Assembly (NCBI GenBank): GCA_013265495.1
Contig: MU058452.1
Coordinates: forward strand, 186,001 to 250,000
DNA from: Vicugna vicugna
Taxonomy: Eukaryota
Length of the DNA: 64,000 bases
Direction: 5' to 3'
In this document: positions 1 to 12,142 of the stretch, piece by piece
How the letters are laid out: the number at the start of each line of letters is the position of its first letter
How positions within the stretch are numbered: the stretch's first letter is position 1
Program-made: the position numbers and the translations under genes
Notes under the pieces: generated by a model
The model's input: the letters and a program-made list of their open reading frames with translations, nothing else
Told to the model about the DNA's origin: nothing
Databases searched by the model: none

Positions 1-116
1 AAGGCATTCTGGGGAGTCACAGGAGAGGGGAAACCAGACTGGGACGATCTAAAGGAGGAAACTGTGTATTTTACCGTACAGGAATCATACCATAATAAAG
101 GTGGTTTTTTTTTAAA

Positions 117-390
117 GATAAATAAGTATGAGGGATGTACTATACAACATGATAAAGTTAATTAAAATTATTGTACATTATACATGAAAGCTGTTAAGAA
201 AGTAAATCTCATGAGCTCTCATCACAAGGAGAAAATTTTTTTTCTATTTCTTTTAAGTTGTATCTATATGAAATGATCGCTGTTTACTAAACTTCACAAT
301 GTATGGAAGTCAAGTCATTATGTTTTACACTTTAAACTTTTATAGTGTTGTATGTCAATTACAGCTCAATGAAACTGGAAAAAAAAAAGA
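117..390 (+). mobile_element. LINE-1 3' UTR fragment (older laurasiatherian, L1MA9-like) ending in a poly(A) tail
   Basis: Typical L1 3'-end text (aataagtatgagggatgtactatacaacatg...ctcatcacaaggag...tgtatgtcaattacagctcaatgaaactgg) followed by an A-run. Subfamily is from memory. Confidence 0.8.
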
Positions 391-3300
391 TATTTTAAAA
401 AAAGAGGAAGGAAAGAGTAGGTCTGAAAATGTCTGCTGGATGGGCTCCTCCGAAGAGAGTCTTCGCCGTCCTCACCAGCCACCAATCTGTCTGAAGTTGC
501 ACGTTTTCTTAGAATCCTTCCTGAGGGTCTGTGACACCGCCTAGGCCAACAGCTCATATGGGGACTCTGGGCTGGGGGTCAACATGCTTATCAGTGTCTG
601 AGGACAGTTATGGAAAGATCCTTTCATGGCATGCAAGAACATTCTCGAATAGAAAGTCACACACTGATATTTTGAAATGGCTGGGAAGGTAATCCGATCC
701 ACTCTCTTTCTGGGATGCTTTTGCACGTCAGCAAAGTGAAAAAGAAAGAAAAGAGGTTTGTCATATTGTGTTTACAAGTTTCGAGGGGCCAACATTTTCT
801 CCAGCTTCCTCGCTCCTTCTGTATCTCGCTTTCTTGAATTGTGTCTCCCGGTCTCTTAACGTCTCTGGATTGTGGTCCCTTCTCTGCATCTCTCCTCCGT
901 GTCCCTCTCCCAAGTAGCCCCTTCCTCCACTGTCACCAGGGGACCGGGGCTCTGAGGATGGGGAGGCGGGCGGGCTCAGGTCCTCCGGGAAGCGACAGCA
1001 ATTCTCATCCAGACGACTGGCTTGCATTTTCGGATCTCATAACTACAGGACACACAGCTTCTTTCAAAGGTTTCCGTGGAGCTTTTCGTGTAAGATGTAG
1101 TTATTAACTCTCCTCCAATGTTTAAAAACTGAGCCAGTGGGAGTGAAACGTGTCCTATCGGCCCGCGCTGAAGAGCTGATGAAATCTCGGCCTGATCTGT
1201 TATCTCCCAATGCTTTAAAGGTCTTGGCTGGGAGATTAGAACAAGGTTACAGTGACAATTTGTTTACACGCAGGGAGAGATTAAGATCTCGTTGAAAAGG
1301 AATAAAAATAACATCATCTTGAGCTGTCACAGCATGAGCCCCATTGTAATCAACACTGGTCTGATTTCAGGGATAATTTAAGACCAATTTATTATCTTAA
1401 TTAAAAAAAAAAAAGAAGAAGGGAGAATTCAATGTTTCAGAATCCAGTTAGATTGCTGGACTGAGGATGCCCCTGGAGGTTCCACATACAAAATAGGACC
1501 CTCACAAGATCCCAAACGGGAATCTCCTGGTGGATAAAAATGTAAAACTTTCTTTGGTTTGTATGTTTAAGTATGAGCCTCCATAACAGATTAAAAGACA
1601 AAACAGTGACTGGTTGCATATTAATCTTTTTAAAAGATACAGGGATAAAAGGTTAAAGAAAGTCATTTTCACCCACCTTTTCTTTTAAAGTCTTTTGTAT
1701 TGAAGGTGAATGTCTCCTAAAGTTTTCTTTTTTTTTTTTTCACCTTTCTGTCTTAATGAAACTTACTAGGCAACCTTGCTATCAGCAGACCGAATTTTCT
1801 AATTCTGTTCGGAACTAATGCTTTTTGAGGCGGAGAAGCTAGGAGCAACCCGGTCCCCAAGGGGAGGAAGGGTGGGAAACCGGGAACAGTGTGATTTGTA
1901 ATCATACCACCCACTGGCCGGCCCCTTTCAAAGCTCTCCTGCCCAGTGTAAACCTCACTTGGGATTTCTCTACAAAAGCAACCACGATGAGCGCCCAATG
2001 CACAGAATGAATCAGGCCACAAAGAGCCCTTTGAGAGCGCTAAAGGAAATGCCCCACTGAGAAGCCAGGTGGACAGCCAACGTCCCCGATCCATTACAAA
2101 TGAGTTCAGGGACAGGGCCACCCCTGGGGGAGGGGGGAACTCCCAGCTCCACCAAAAGCCAAACCCAACCAGCCCACTCATTTGAAAACCAAACATGTTG
2201 CCTTGTGCCTCCCCCCTTCCTGTTTACAAACACGTTTACAACTGCTTGATAGGTGACCTTATTTACTTAGTAACCTGTGGATTCATTTATCTTGAAATTA
2301 GTAGGTAATGAAGTGGAAAACCTCAACAGCCCTCCCACTAATTAACATGATAATAAGATTGTTTTGCTACAGAGGTAGAATTAGCATGTATGAGCCAAAG
2401 GGGGAGAAAGATCAATAAAATGTCTGAAGGGTGCTGCCCCCAGGTCTCCGGAAGAGAACAAAGACAGCAAAGCACAGATCTTAAGATCCATCCATTTAAA
2501 CAACGAACTCAGAGACGGGACCCTCCTGAAACGGTCTGATACCGCCCTCCTGGAGAAAGAGGTGTGGGCAGGATTGAAAGGAGTTAATTACAAAGCACAC
2601 TTTTTGGTGCAGTCGAAGTGCTCTGAAAAGAAAAGGGAAAAATTGTGGAAAGTCTCAGACGCTGATCTTAAATAGGCTTTGATGGGTGTTGGTGGGAGGT
2701 GGGGGTGGGGTTTGTGTAAAGAATGCGGCCAGGTAATTACACCCATAAAAACCGCCCCATTTGCTCCTTTTTTCCTACCACCCAAAGTCGAATGGCTCAG
2801 ATATAAAACTTAGAAGAGAGATGCTTCTTGCCCATCCAGTGTCAACATACATTTTCATGAGGTGCTTTCACACACACAGTGCACAGCTCAAATATTTATT
2901 TATTCCACAGACTGAGGTGTGTAGAGTAAATAAATATGACTTTAAAAATTGCCTCAACATGTATTTACCCAGTAGACTCATTTCTTGGATAAATTACATG
3001 GATTTGGTAACCTTCCATGACATTTCCCCCTGATTTTAAACACACACAAACAAAGAATTTAAATGTCCGAAGTGTCTGTATAACCTAATTGAACTTGTGA
3101 CACAAACCAGGAAGAGCCAGGAGACTTGACGGTAGAGGGAAAATGCAACAATTTTTTTTGACGGATAAAATGAGAACTTTCAGATGTTCAGCAACCCAGA
3201 GACTGAGCATCACCAGGACTTGGTGGAAAACTCTTTCCATCTAACAGCGTTCTTCATAAACGTAAAAAAGTGCTCTTTATGACCTTTCTCCATGGACAGT

Positions 3301-3693
3301 CTCCCATCCTCTCTCAGAAATGGATTTTCTTATGAAATTCCACAATCAATTGCCCCCAAAACCAGTGCTGTCGTGGTGCCAACCATCTGGTCTTATGTTT
3401 AATTTTGACTATAACCATTAAAAAAAAAACAACCTTCATTGCCTACTCCCTTTAAAGCTGGAGGGTGTGAGTGTGTCAGAAGTGTTTCTATCACTGACAA
3501 AGAAAGAGTCTCACCACATTTTCAGATGGGAAATTTGCACAGCTCTCACCCATCAGAAAAAGAGGATCCTACATTTCTAGGTGGATTTTTCAACCAAACC
3601 AAGTTAATAATGCTTTCATTTTGGAAATCATTGAGAATGATGGAATTCGTTGTTTTGCTTATGCCATGAAAGGAGATCTTTGGAGGAAAGTAG

Positions 3694-3790
3694 CTTTTTG
3701 TTTCTTTGTTTTGTTTTGTTTTTCCTTCCTTCCTCCCGTCCCTCCTTTCCTCCCTCCCTCCCTTCTTTCTTTTTCTCCTCTTTCTTTCTC
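3694..3790. repeat. Pyrimidine-rich low-complexity tract (TTTTG, CCTT and CCTC units)
   Basis: Directly visible; it explains the spurious ORFs at 3546-3916. Confidence 0.85.
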
Positions 3791-4409
3791 CAGCATCTAC
3801 AGGTTCAGAAAAACTTGCCGAAATCTCTATGCTGTGCATTGATTTTACTTGTAGGTAGATCACTGCTTAAAGATAACATCTTTAAAGTGAGGAGGAGAAC
3901 CCAGTCTCATTTCTGAGGGGCATTTGCATAATTTTCTTAATTGTTCTGGATTTCATTAGGAAAATCGATGTCTCTAGGATATAGGGGCGATGAATATGAA
4001 GAAGCTAAACACGACTCAGAGAAGCTTGAGGTTGGTGCTGAGCAGTCATTCCAGGGGATGTTGGGGGACCACTGGGAAGCTGGGCTCAGGTCAGTCTGTC
4101 CTGTTAGACTACCAAGGGGAGCTGCGAAAAAGGACAAGGGTAGGAGCTGGGCGTGCTGTATCTGTTGGTGCCCATCAGTGACACTGGTTTGTGACAGACT
4201 CACGTACGAATCATCCTAATGATTATCCATGACTTCAGTGAGAAAAACGAACAGTTCTAGTTTTTAAATATACACACAGACCCCAGCACAAGTCCTTGGC
4301 TTTTTCTGATGTGTTTAGCCCCATAATACATCCTACATTTGACTTACCAGGTTGAAAAGTGTGGAAATCCTTACAATGAGAAATTAAGAAATTTCTAAAA
4401 CCCGTATGT

Positions 4410-4635
4410 CAAAGGTTTCCCAATCTTTTGGGACTTTGACAGTTTTTTTTTTCCCCTACATTCTGTAGCATCGTCACCCAACCAAATAGTCAGGTACACA
4501 GAGGGCACAGACTAATTCTAAAACCCGAGTGAATTTATTTAAAAAAAATTTATCTGAGAATTTCCCAATAGCTCTGGAGATCATTTGAGACACCTTGGGG
4601 TGTCATGTAACCTCATCTGGGGGTAGCTGTTCTAG
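4410..4635. mobile_element. Possible degraded hAT-Charlie/MER-type DNA transposon
   Basis: Ends resemble hAT termini (ggtttcccaa... and ...ggggtagctgttctag); highly diverged. Confidence 0.25.
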
Positions 4636-4879
4636 AAAGAAAAGTATTTTTAATAACTGGAGCCAATTCCTCCTAGGGAGAAATCCCTCTGGGTTCTGTA
4701 GCTTAGCTTCAAATCCAAATTTCTCATCTGTGAACAGTTAGAACAATATGATGTAGCCCAGGAGAGTCAGAATTTGAATTCGATTCAGAGAAACGTACAA
4801 TTCAGCGAAATGACAACCATCCTGCCTTTGTAGTGTGTAAATCATCAAGGAATAAAATACTTTCCACTTGTTAGGTACA

Positions 4880-5040
4880 GCACACACCCTCTGATCATCA
4901 TAGTCCCATAAAGTAGGGATTAACATCTCCATTTTACAGATGGTGAAACTAAGGCTTAAAGAGCCAAATAACTATCTTAAGATGAAACAGCTAGTAAGAG
5001 AGAGCTGGGACTTGAACTGAAATTCTTCTGACTCCAGCAA
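4880..5040 (-). mobile_element. MIR SINE
   Basis: ccattttacagatggtgaaactaaggctt...cagctagtaag...gggacttgaac...ctgactccag is the reverse complement of the MIR core. Confidence 0.85.
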
Positions 5041-7104
5041 ATCTTGTACCAATATCTCATCTTCCCTCTTGGGACAATACACTGCCTTACCGGAGATCGC
5101 CTAAGAAGCAGTGTCGAAATTGGTCTGAAGGCCTCCCCAACCTCTGTCTCCAGAAAGCATTTATTTTGGAGGGTGCATATTGTATTATACGCAAATTTTT
5201 GTGAATAGTGTTTAAAAACCCATTGTGAAGTGCTAAATGTTTCTTCTCGGGTCTAAGTGTCTACGGTACACGTAAAAGTTTCTCACAATTTAACAGCAAG
5301 CCTCCTTCGTTTGGTTTTAATGACTTTGTAAAATAAATACCTAAGATTGTTCCTAAAAAAATAAAATATATTGTTTCAGTGGGAGAGTATGGAGGATATA
5401 AATTTAACTGACTATGATTCCCTCCTTCCTCGTTAAGGGTGAACACGCGACTTGAAATTTTCAGAAGGGCTCCGACGAGCTGGCTGTAACGAATAGCCTT
5501 TTTTGGCCTAGATTTGTATCTTCCTTGAGAATAGTAGTAATTTCAGAGTTTCTTCCTAGACTTTTCTCTTCCCTGCATATTCCACGGTACAATTGGGATC
5601 CTGTCTCCAGGTGTGAAGTGCCTGCAAATTTATAAAATCATGCCGTCAGTCTCCTATCCTTGGAAAGTACCTGATGTGAACCAGAGGGAAGAAACAGACC
5701 GCCCACAAAACCCCCACGGCCTCTCGTCCCGGGGCAATGGATATTCGGGCCATTTCCATGTGACTTCTTATTCAGCCCTGGGGAGGTGCCCGCCACTCAG
5801 TGCTGTATCGCATCCATACATTTTCCCAGCAAGGTTGTTTTGCAGTTTGACAGGCAAGCCAGGGAGGCCCGGATCTCACGTTTCCCAGCAGGGGTTCCAC
5901 CTCTCCCGGGAGCAACAGGACTGGAAGTGGGGTTGGAGAGGGACAGCAGCACATTTGGGGCTGCATGGACCCCGGGAAAGTGGGGTCCAGAGACTAGTCA
6001 GGCACTGGCTGGGAGGGAAGGCCCGTGGGGGCCGGAGCAGCTGGATCATGTGATCTTTCAATCTCAAGAGGGAGCACACTGATGAGTTCTCTTCATCTTG
6101 GATTCAGAGACATTTTAGAAGAATAGCTTCAGGGACCTCTGTAAGTCAAAGTTCTCATGCATTCCGGCTCCTGCGTCTCACCGTGGTGGGGGGGCTTCCA
6201 GGCACTCTGCCCCTGTTCCCCTGCTGCACATCCACAGATAGAAAGTGAGGGGGTCCCAGGGGATGGGAAAGCAGGAGCTCTCTGCTGGCAAACCCATTAG
6301 CATCCTAAGACTGGTCACTGTGGGACGGTGATGACATGGTTTTTGGCTATCAGGTAGCCCTTCTGAAAGAGAAAATCTACTTTTGTATTCATTAGTTGGG
6401 GGATGACAGTAAGAGGTTATCTGACATGAATCATTAGTGATTTTCACTTGGTTAGGTTCAAAGGAGGAAACTCGTGAACATGCTCCAAGTCTTTTATGAA
6501 CACCTAGCACTTCCAGGCTAGCTGGCATTGTTTGTCTTCCGTTCTGAGCGATGGCTAGATGGCATGGGGCGGGGATGGGGCGTGCAATTTGAAGTTAGTC
6601 TACTTCCCAGGTCTGCAGGATGGGGTCAAGGGATCCCCCTCATCTGCAAGATGGGAACAAAGGATTTCTTGTGGGATGTTCGGAGGAACTGAAATGTGTC
6701 TGTCACGATCCTGGCCCATTGGGGCCCTTTCGCAGAAGTTCGCTTCTGGGTGCTTTGTTGTTAGCACTTGGGAAGCAGGACTGTCCACTCGAGCAGTGAA
6801 AGGAAGTGTGAAAATAAAAAGGGAAAAGTGAAAGAAAGGATGAAAATGGACATCCACATCCTCGGAGATGCCTTTGGAGAAGAGAGAACACAACTGCCTG
6901 ATGTTTGTGTCGAGCAGAAAGTCCACGGGGTGATATTCCTGGGGTTTTGCCCAAGGAGGAGTGTCAGCCTCCTTGCTGCCTGCTAGCAAGTCCCAGGATC
7001 CTCTGGAGCCATAGGTGCCCCTTCCTCAATGCGGCCATGAGCAAGTACATGAGTGAGCCTTTCAAAACTCCCTCTCGGAGCGTGACTTTGCCCAAAGTCA
7101 TGCA

Positions 7105-7480
7105 TCCACTCGCTCACTCACCCATGCAGGCGTGGTGTTGGGCAATGGGAATGGGGTGGTTAGCAAGACAGACACGATGGCTGCCCTTGGTTGGGGGAGG
7201 GCGGTAAGCCGTGAACTTGGATCGTTCACAGCCATGGACAAAACCTAACTAGGGGATAACATGGCAGCCAGATGGGAGAGGAAAGCATGGCTTCAGATGC
7301 GGAGGCCAAACACGACCTTTCTGGGCAGAGGACGTTTAAGCTGAAACCAGAAGAAGCCAAAGGCACCAGCAGAGCTGTGTGAGGGAAAGAACATTCCAGA
7401 TAAAGGGGACAACAAAGGATAAGGCCCCGAGGAGGAGACAAACCCTGATACCTCTTAGGAACAGAGAGAAGCCCGGGTGG
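7105..7480 (-). mobile_element. L2 LINE fragment
   Basis: caagacagacacg...ctgccctt, gacgtttaagctgaaacc and gaacattccagataaaggggacaac are typical antisense L2 3' text. Confidence 0.7.
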
Positions 7481-7740
7481 CTTGACCTTGGAGGGTGGGA
7501 TGGGTCTTCAGGGTTGCTGTTTAACTGAACGAATAAACCGGGTGGGATACAGAGGAGATGATGCCCTCTTTTTTTGTTCTGAGTGGTGAGTTATACTTAG
7601 AAAAATGGGGGAGATGTTCTAGCTCATTCTTTTTATGGTTCATCTCCAAGCAAACATATTTTTATAATTGCTCTTCTTACAATTTTTAAAAATGAGTTTG
7701 AAATAAGGATAGATACCACAGCTGCTGCATATTATAAAGG

Positions 7741-7868
7741 AGCGTGGAGTGGTGGGAACGGGTTAGTTTGAAGATAAACTGAATACCTCTTCAGCCACTG
7801 ACTGACGTGTGTCCTTGGTTAAGGTGTTGAGTCCCTCCGGGCCTCCATGTCCTCATCTTGAAAATAGA
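7741..7868 (+). mobile_element. MIR SINE fragment
   Basis: gccactgactgacgtgtgtccttggttaag...gggcctccatgtcctcatcttgaaaatag resembles the MIR core. Confidence 0.65.
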
Positions 7869-10800
7869 TCCAAGACTTAAAAAGCAAGGTGAATCTTGTA
7901 GTGTCTCCAAGTAGCTAACGGTTTGAAAGAATCAAATGCGCTGTCCCAGCTGCCCTGTCTGCAGGTCTCTGTGACTGTATTCACCATATTGAAGAACCTC
8001 TTAGCAAGCGTCTGGGCTCCTCTGGGATGGTCACATTCAGTGAAATATATATTGAATGTGCTAGTGTGGAAAGCACTTGTTCAAAGAATAGGAAAGTCAA
8101 GTAGAACAGAGAAATTGACTGGAAAGACTGTTTGAAATGGACAGAATCTCCCATCCAGGATTGAGGAAGATGATTACAAAGGATACAGCCTTCCTTTGGG
8201 GACCAGGTTCTTAGGTGACCATGGTTGTTAGAGTTGCGTCTATGCTTTGACAGACATTCATGCCGAAATGGATTACCAGGATCTGCCTTTGAAATGTGCG
8301 ACCGTGGCTACTGATCTACACGCTCTTTCTGAAACACAGATGATGCTTCAGTGTGTCTTCCCTTGATTTTTAATGTTTTCAAACTCTGAAACGATGACAT
8401 GATGGAGTAAGATTTCTATGCACATGAAAGATATCAATTCCATTTGAAGATATTCTGAGACCCTTGGAAACACCATCAGTCTCTGGAGACGTAAGAAGTA
8501 ATTGGTGAGAGGAATACAGTTCAAACGACCTTGGTTTATGCTTCCCGTTTGCTGCAAATGGAGACCTACTCATATCCTGCGTTACTTCGGGGGGCAAACT
8601 CTCCCTTTACACACATGTAAAACGACAAAAAAAAGTTCTCTGAATTACAGCTAAAGAGTTTTCATTCTTCTGTCTGTTTTTCCTACTCTCTGACTGCACA
8701 TAAGTGTGTATGGATCCCAGACACGTGGCAGAATTCACCTTCTGAGTACTAGATATTTCTAAGAAAGTTCAATGAACGCATGCAGCAATTCACACACATA
8801 ACAAACATCTAATTTACTACTCATCTTGCAAGGGGGAAACAGGTTCCTCCACAAATCTTTCTTCTTCCTCTTCCGTTTGATAAACCCTTGGCTCTTTTGT
8901 CAGGTCAGACCAACTCTCACCGACTTGCGCCTGAAAAAAGCCTTGCAAATGGATTTGCAGTCACCACTCAATGAAGCTGGTTGACAGAGCTCCGTGAAAC
9001 CCTTCTGGAGGGAGGCAGGCTTTTAACTTGATTGATGAAATTATATCTAAATCTGGTAGATTTGGGACTTCAAAGGCATTTTTCCCTACTTAGGGCATCC
9101 CGGATGAAGGGCGTATGCTGTTTGTACCAAACTCCCAGGCTCAAGCGGTTCGCAAATTGACCCCTTTGTAATAGGTTAAAGGTTTCTTGCTAGATAACGG
9201 TGGTTCATTTTGATTAATTATGTCAGGGAATTAATGTATGATTACTAACTTTTAGCAGACCCTGATCCTTCTGACCCCGAGCTGCTTGTTTGTGTGGCTG
9301 GTTGTAATTTTCGACCGATGGGTTAGGAGGGGTCACTGTGTGGTCAGCATATTTTAAACAAAGGGAGAGAAAAAAAAAAAAAAACCGAAGCATAGGTTTC
9401 CAAATGGAGTGGACACTGCAGTTCAAGGCCTTGACAGAGGAGATCTGTTAAGTGTTTTAACAGTAGGCTTTTAGATGTTTACTCTTGCTAATAAAAGATG
9501 GTTCACCAGAGTGGAGAGTAACCTGGGAAGATTTGGAGAACAATTTAACAGTGAAATGTTTGCCCATAAATTTCACTCCATACTGGCTTCAATGGCCTAG
9601 GACCTTGTTAAAGATTAAATGGCAAAGTGCTGATTTTTGGCTTTTGATAGGTCAAGAACATCAGAACGATGGGCTCTTGTTAATCACGAGGTTTTCTCGT
9701 AGATGGTGCAGAGTTTCAACAGTTTTTCTGATTAAGAATTGCATCCTTAGAAGGAAGGGAACAGAGAATAAATCGATGACGCCTCACGCCAAGTTCATTT
9801 TATACCACATGTTTATGTCACATATGGGGTGGCACTCCTTCCAGCTGGAATGTTCCAAGCTTTGGCGTGAACTCGGTACATCATGGCTCATATGCCCCTC
9901 TACATGATCGGTTCAGAATTCCCAATGACCACAACATGAGACTAGGGTTCTTGGTCTTTTTGGCTCCTTGAGAGTAAGCGTATTAACCACAAGAATTCAG
10001 TGTTTAGGATTTTGAGAAAGACGCTCAGGATCTGTTCTAAAAATGAGAACTCTCCTTCCCTCTTTCAACCCTGAGGATTTCTCTCTACCAATTGCTATAG
10101 ATGTTACACTGCGATCCTGTTGAAACACAGCATCAGGCTGAGAGGGAGAAAGGCAGGCCAAGGAGAAAGAGGAGAGCTTTCCAGGGAAAGCAGAGGAGCC
10201 CAGGGAGAAATGATGAAGGAAATGCAAGAAGGCAGAATCACGAAAAGGTCTGGACACAGCATTAGGATGGAGGACTGGACTGTTTGGTTCTAGCGCAAAT
10301 CTGGATATTAAAGGATGTGAAATCAGAGATTTCTTAAAAATTTCAGACCAAAAAGAAATGATTGCAAGGGGAAAGTGTTACTTAGATACTGTATTAAACT
10401 TTCCAACACTATAAAACACCCTCTCTGTAAGGTTATTCAGAAGCAAATTGCGCTCTAGCGTTCGGATTTCCTTCGCCCTGTTCAGAAGGATACTGGAAAG
10501 GCGTTGGGGATGCTGACAATTGTTGATTGCTTGTAGCCTTTACGGACGACATAATCACATTGACTGTATTTCAAACACGTTCCTTTCAAAAATTAGAGGT
10601 GTTGATGCCTTTAATGGAGACAGAGACCATTTGTCTGTTCCATTATTGCAATTACTGTCTGGCTTGGTATCTTCTCCCTGACAGTGGCTAATGCCGTCTA
10701 CTTCAAAGGAACACAGAAACCTCCAATAACACCCTTATGGTCGGCTTCACATCAACGCTTCAGCCCCCGCTGTGTTGCCCCAGCTCCTAGGCACAGACAA

Positions 10801-11242
10801 ATATGCACTGTTCTGAATACAGGGCTCCAGTGAGGACGTGCGTGTGTACTCATGGTCCAGCTATAGAAAGAGACAGCAGCAGAGAGGAAGGGAGAAGACT
10901 GTAGGTGGTCGGGCTGGATGGTCGTAGAGGATTACCTTGCCCAGTTCTTCTGCTAAGTTGCCCTCTTATCACGCAGAGATCTCAGAAAAAATGTATTCCT
11001 TGGATACACTTTGAAGTATTTTTTAGGGGTTTCCAGATACAAACCCACTTAAATAATTACCCTCTACCAGTTCAACCTCTCACTTTTATACCCTCATTGT
11101 TGCAAATAGAAAGGAGATGTTTATCACATATAGTATATGATATATATCTCTATCTCCAAATATCTTCAAACTTAACATATATATAAATTGTACAATACAT
11201 AGGTGTATGTACTTTTGAAATATTCTAAATATGTATGTTATA

Positions 11243-11245
<3 letters not shown>

Positions 11246-11273
<28 letters not shown>
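11246..11273. repeat. (TA)n microsatellite
   Basis: Directly visible. Confidence 0.95.
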
Positions 11274-11276
<3 letters not shown>

Positions 11277-12028
11277 CTAAATATCCTAAAATTTCCAGAT
11301 GGTTTTCTTCTTGATTCCCAGATAACATGATTTTGAACTAATTTGACTTTGATTGTCTGCAGAAGCATTAATTGTTTTAATTATATATTAGTTTTCAAGT
11401 AATAAGGCAGAATGTGCAATAGTTTATTCATATACGACCAGAAAATATAAGGTGCTCGAAGGTAAGGACTCCGTCAGAACAATTGTCTGCAAAACCATGT
11501 GCCTAGTTGTTTTCAGCTCAGGTTTTCTGGAGAAAATAAATGTCTTTGCTGGAAGTGCAGACCTTTAAGAGCTATGTCTGCTCGTATCCATCTGTTCCTT
11601 ATCCAGACAAGACCCATCTCTGCTCTCTACAGCCTAGGTTTTCATGGTAACCTGATGATGCTTCTGCCATGGTTTGAGGTCCTCATGGGGGAGCCAGGGT
11701 TTCAAGCTCAAAAGCAAAAGTAAGACAGAAAAATGTTAAGAAAGATAACTCATAAGCATAAAATACTAATGATATTTTTTGCCCAGGTTAACTGATTTCA
11801 TGATTGTGAAATGAACCAAAGTGAATGATGTACTTTTGAGATCTGCTTCAGTAGGTTCAGTTGACGCTCCTTTTGTTTCTATCCCAATGAATATGTCAGT
11901 GATTTTATTTAGATTTTTAATAATGTCTCCGTCCATTAGACTTCAGGACAATATTTCTATTTAGCAGGTACCTGGATCAACCTAAAGAAAAAGGATCCAG
12001 AAATTTCTCCAGTTAGACGTGGGGACAC

Positions 12029-12142
12029 TAGAGTAACACATCATCTCAATTTGCCTGGACACAAGGGGATTCCTGGAATCTGGGACTTTCTATTTTAAAA
12101 CTGGGAAAGTCCCAGCAAACGAGATCAAGTCAGGTCACCCTA
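12029..12142 (+). mobile_element. MER81-like hAT-Blackjack non-autonomous DNA transposon
   Basis: About 114 bp with termini tagagtaac... and ...ggtcacccta. Internal tttgcctggac...gggactttc...aaaactgggaaagtccc...caaac is colinear with the MER81 consensus as I recall it. Confidence 0.75.

Noticed and set aside
3546..3916. R/K/E-rich and F/S/L-rich ORFs, and a possible exon at 3794-3854
   Set aside because: They derive from a low-complexity pyrimidine tract; the donor (tag|gtagat) is weak and there is no other support.
5613..7207. Cluster of 100-146 aa ORFs in a GC-richer zone
   Set aside because: They overlap on both strands with no protein similarity, as expected from lower stop-codon frequency.
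8903..8993. Possible coding exon after cttttgtcag (VRPTLTDLRLKKALQMDLQSPLNEAG*)
   Set aside because: No recognisable homology and no good splice donor.
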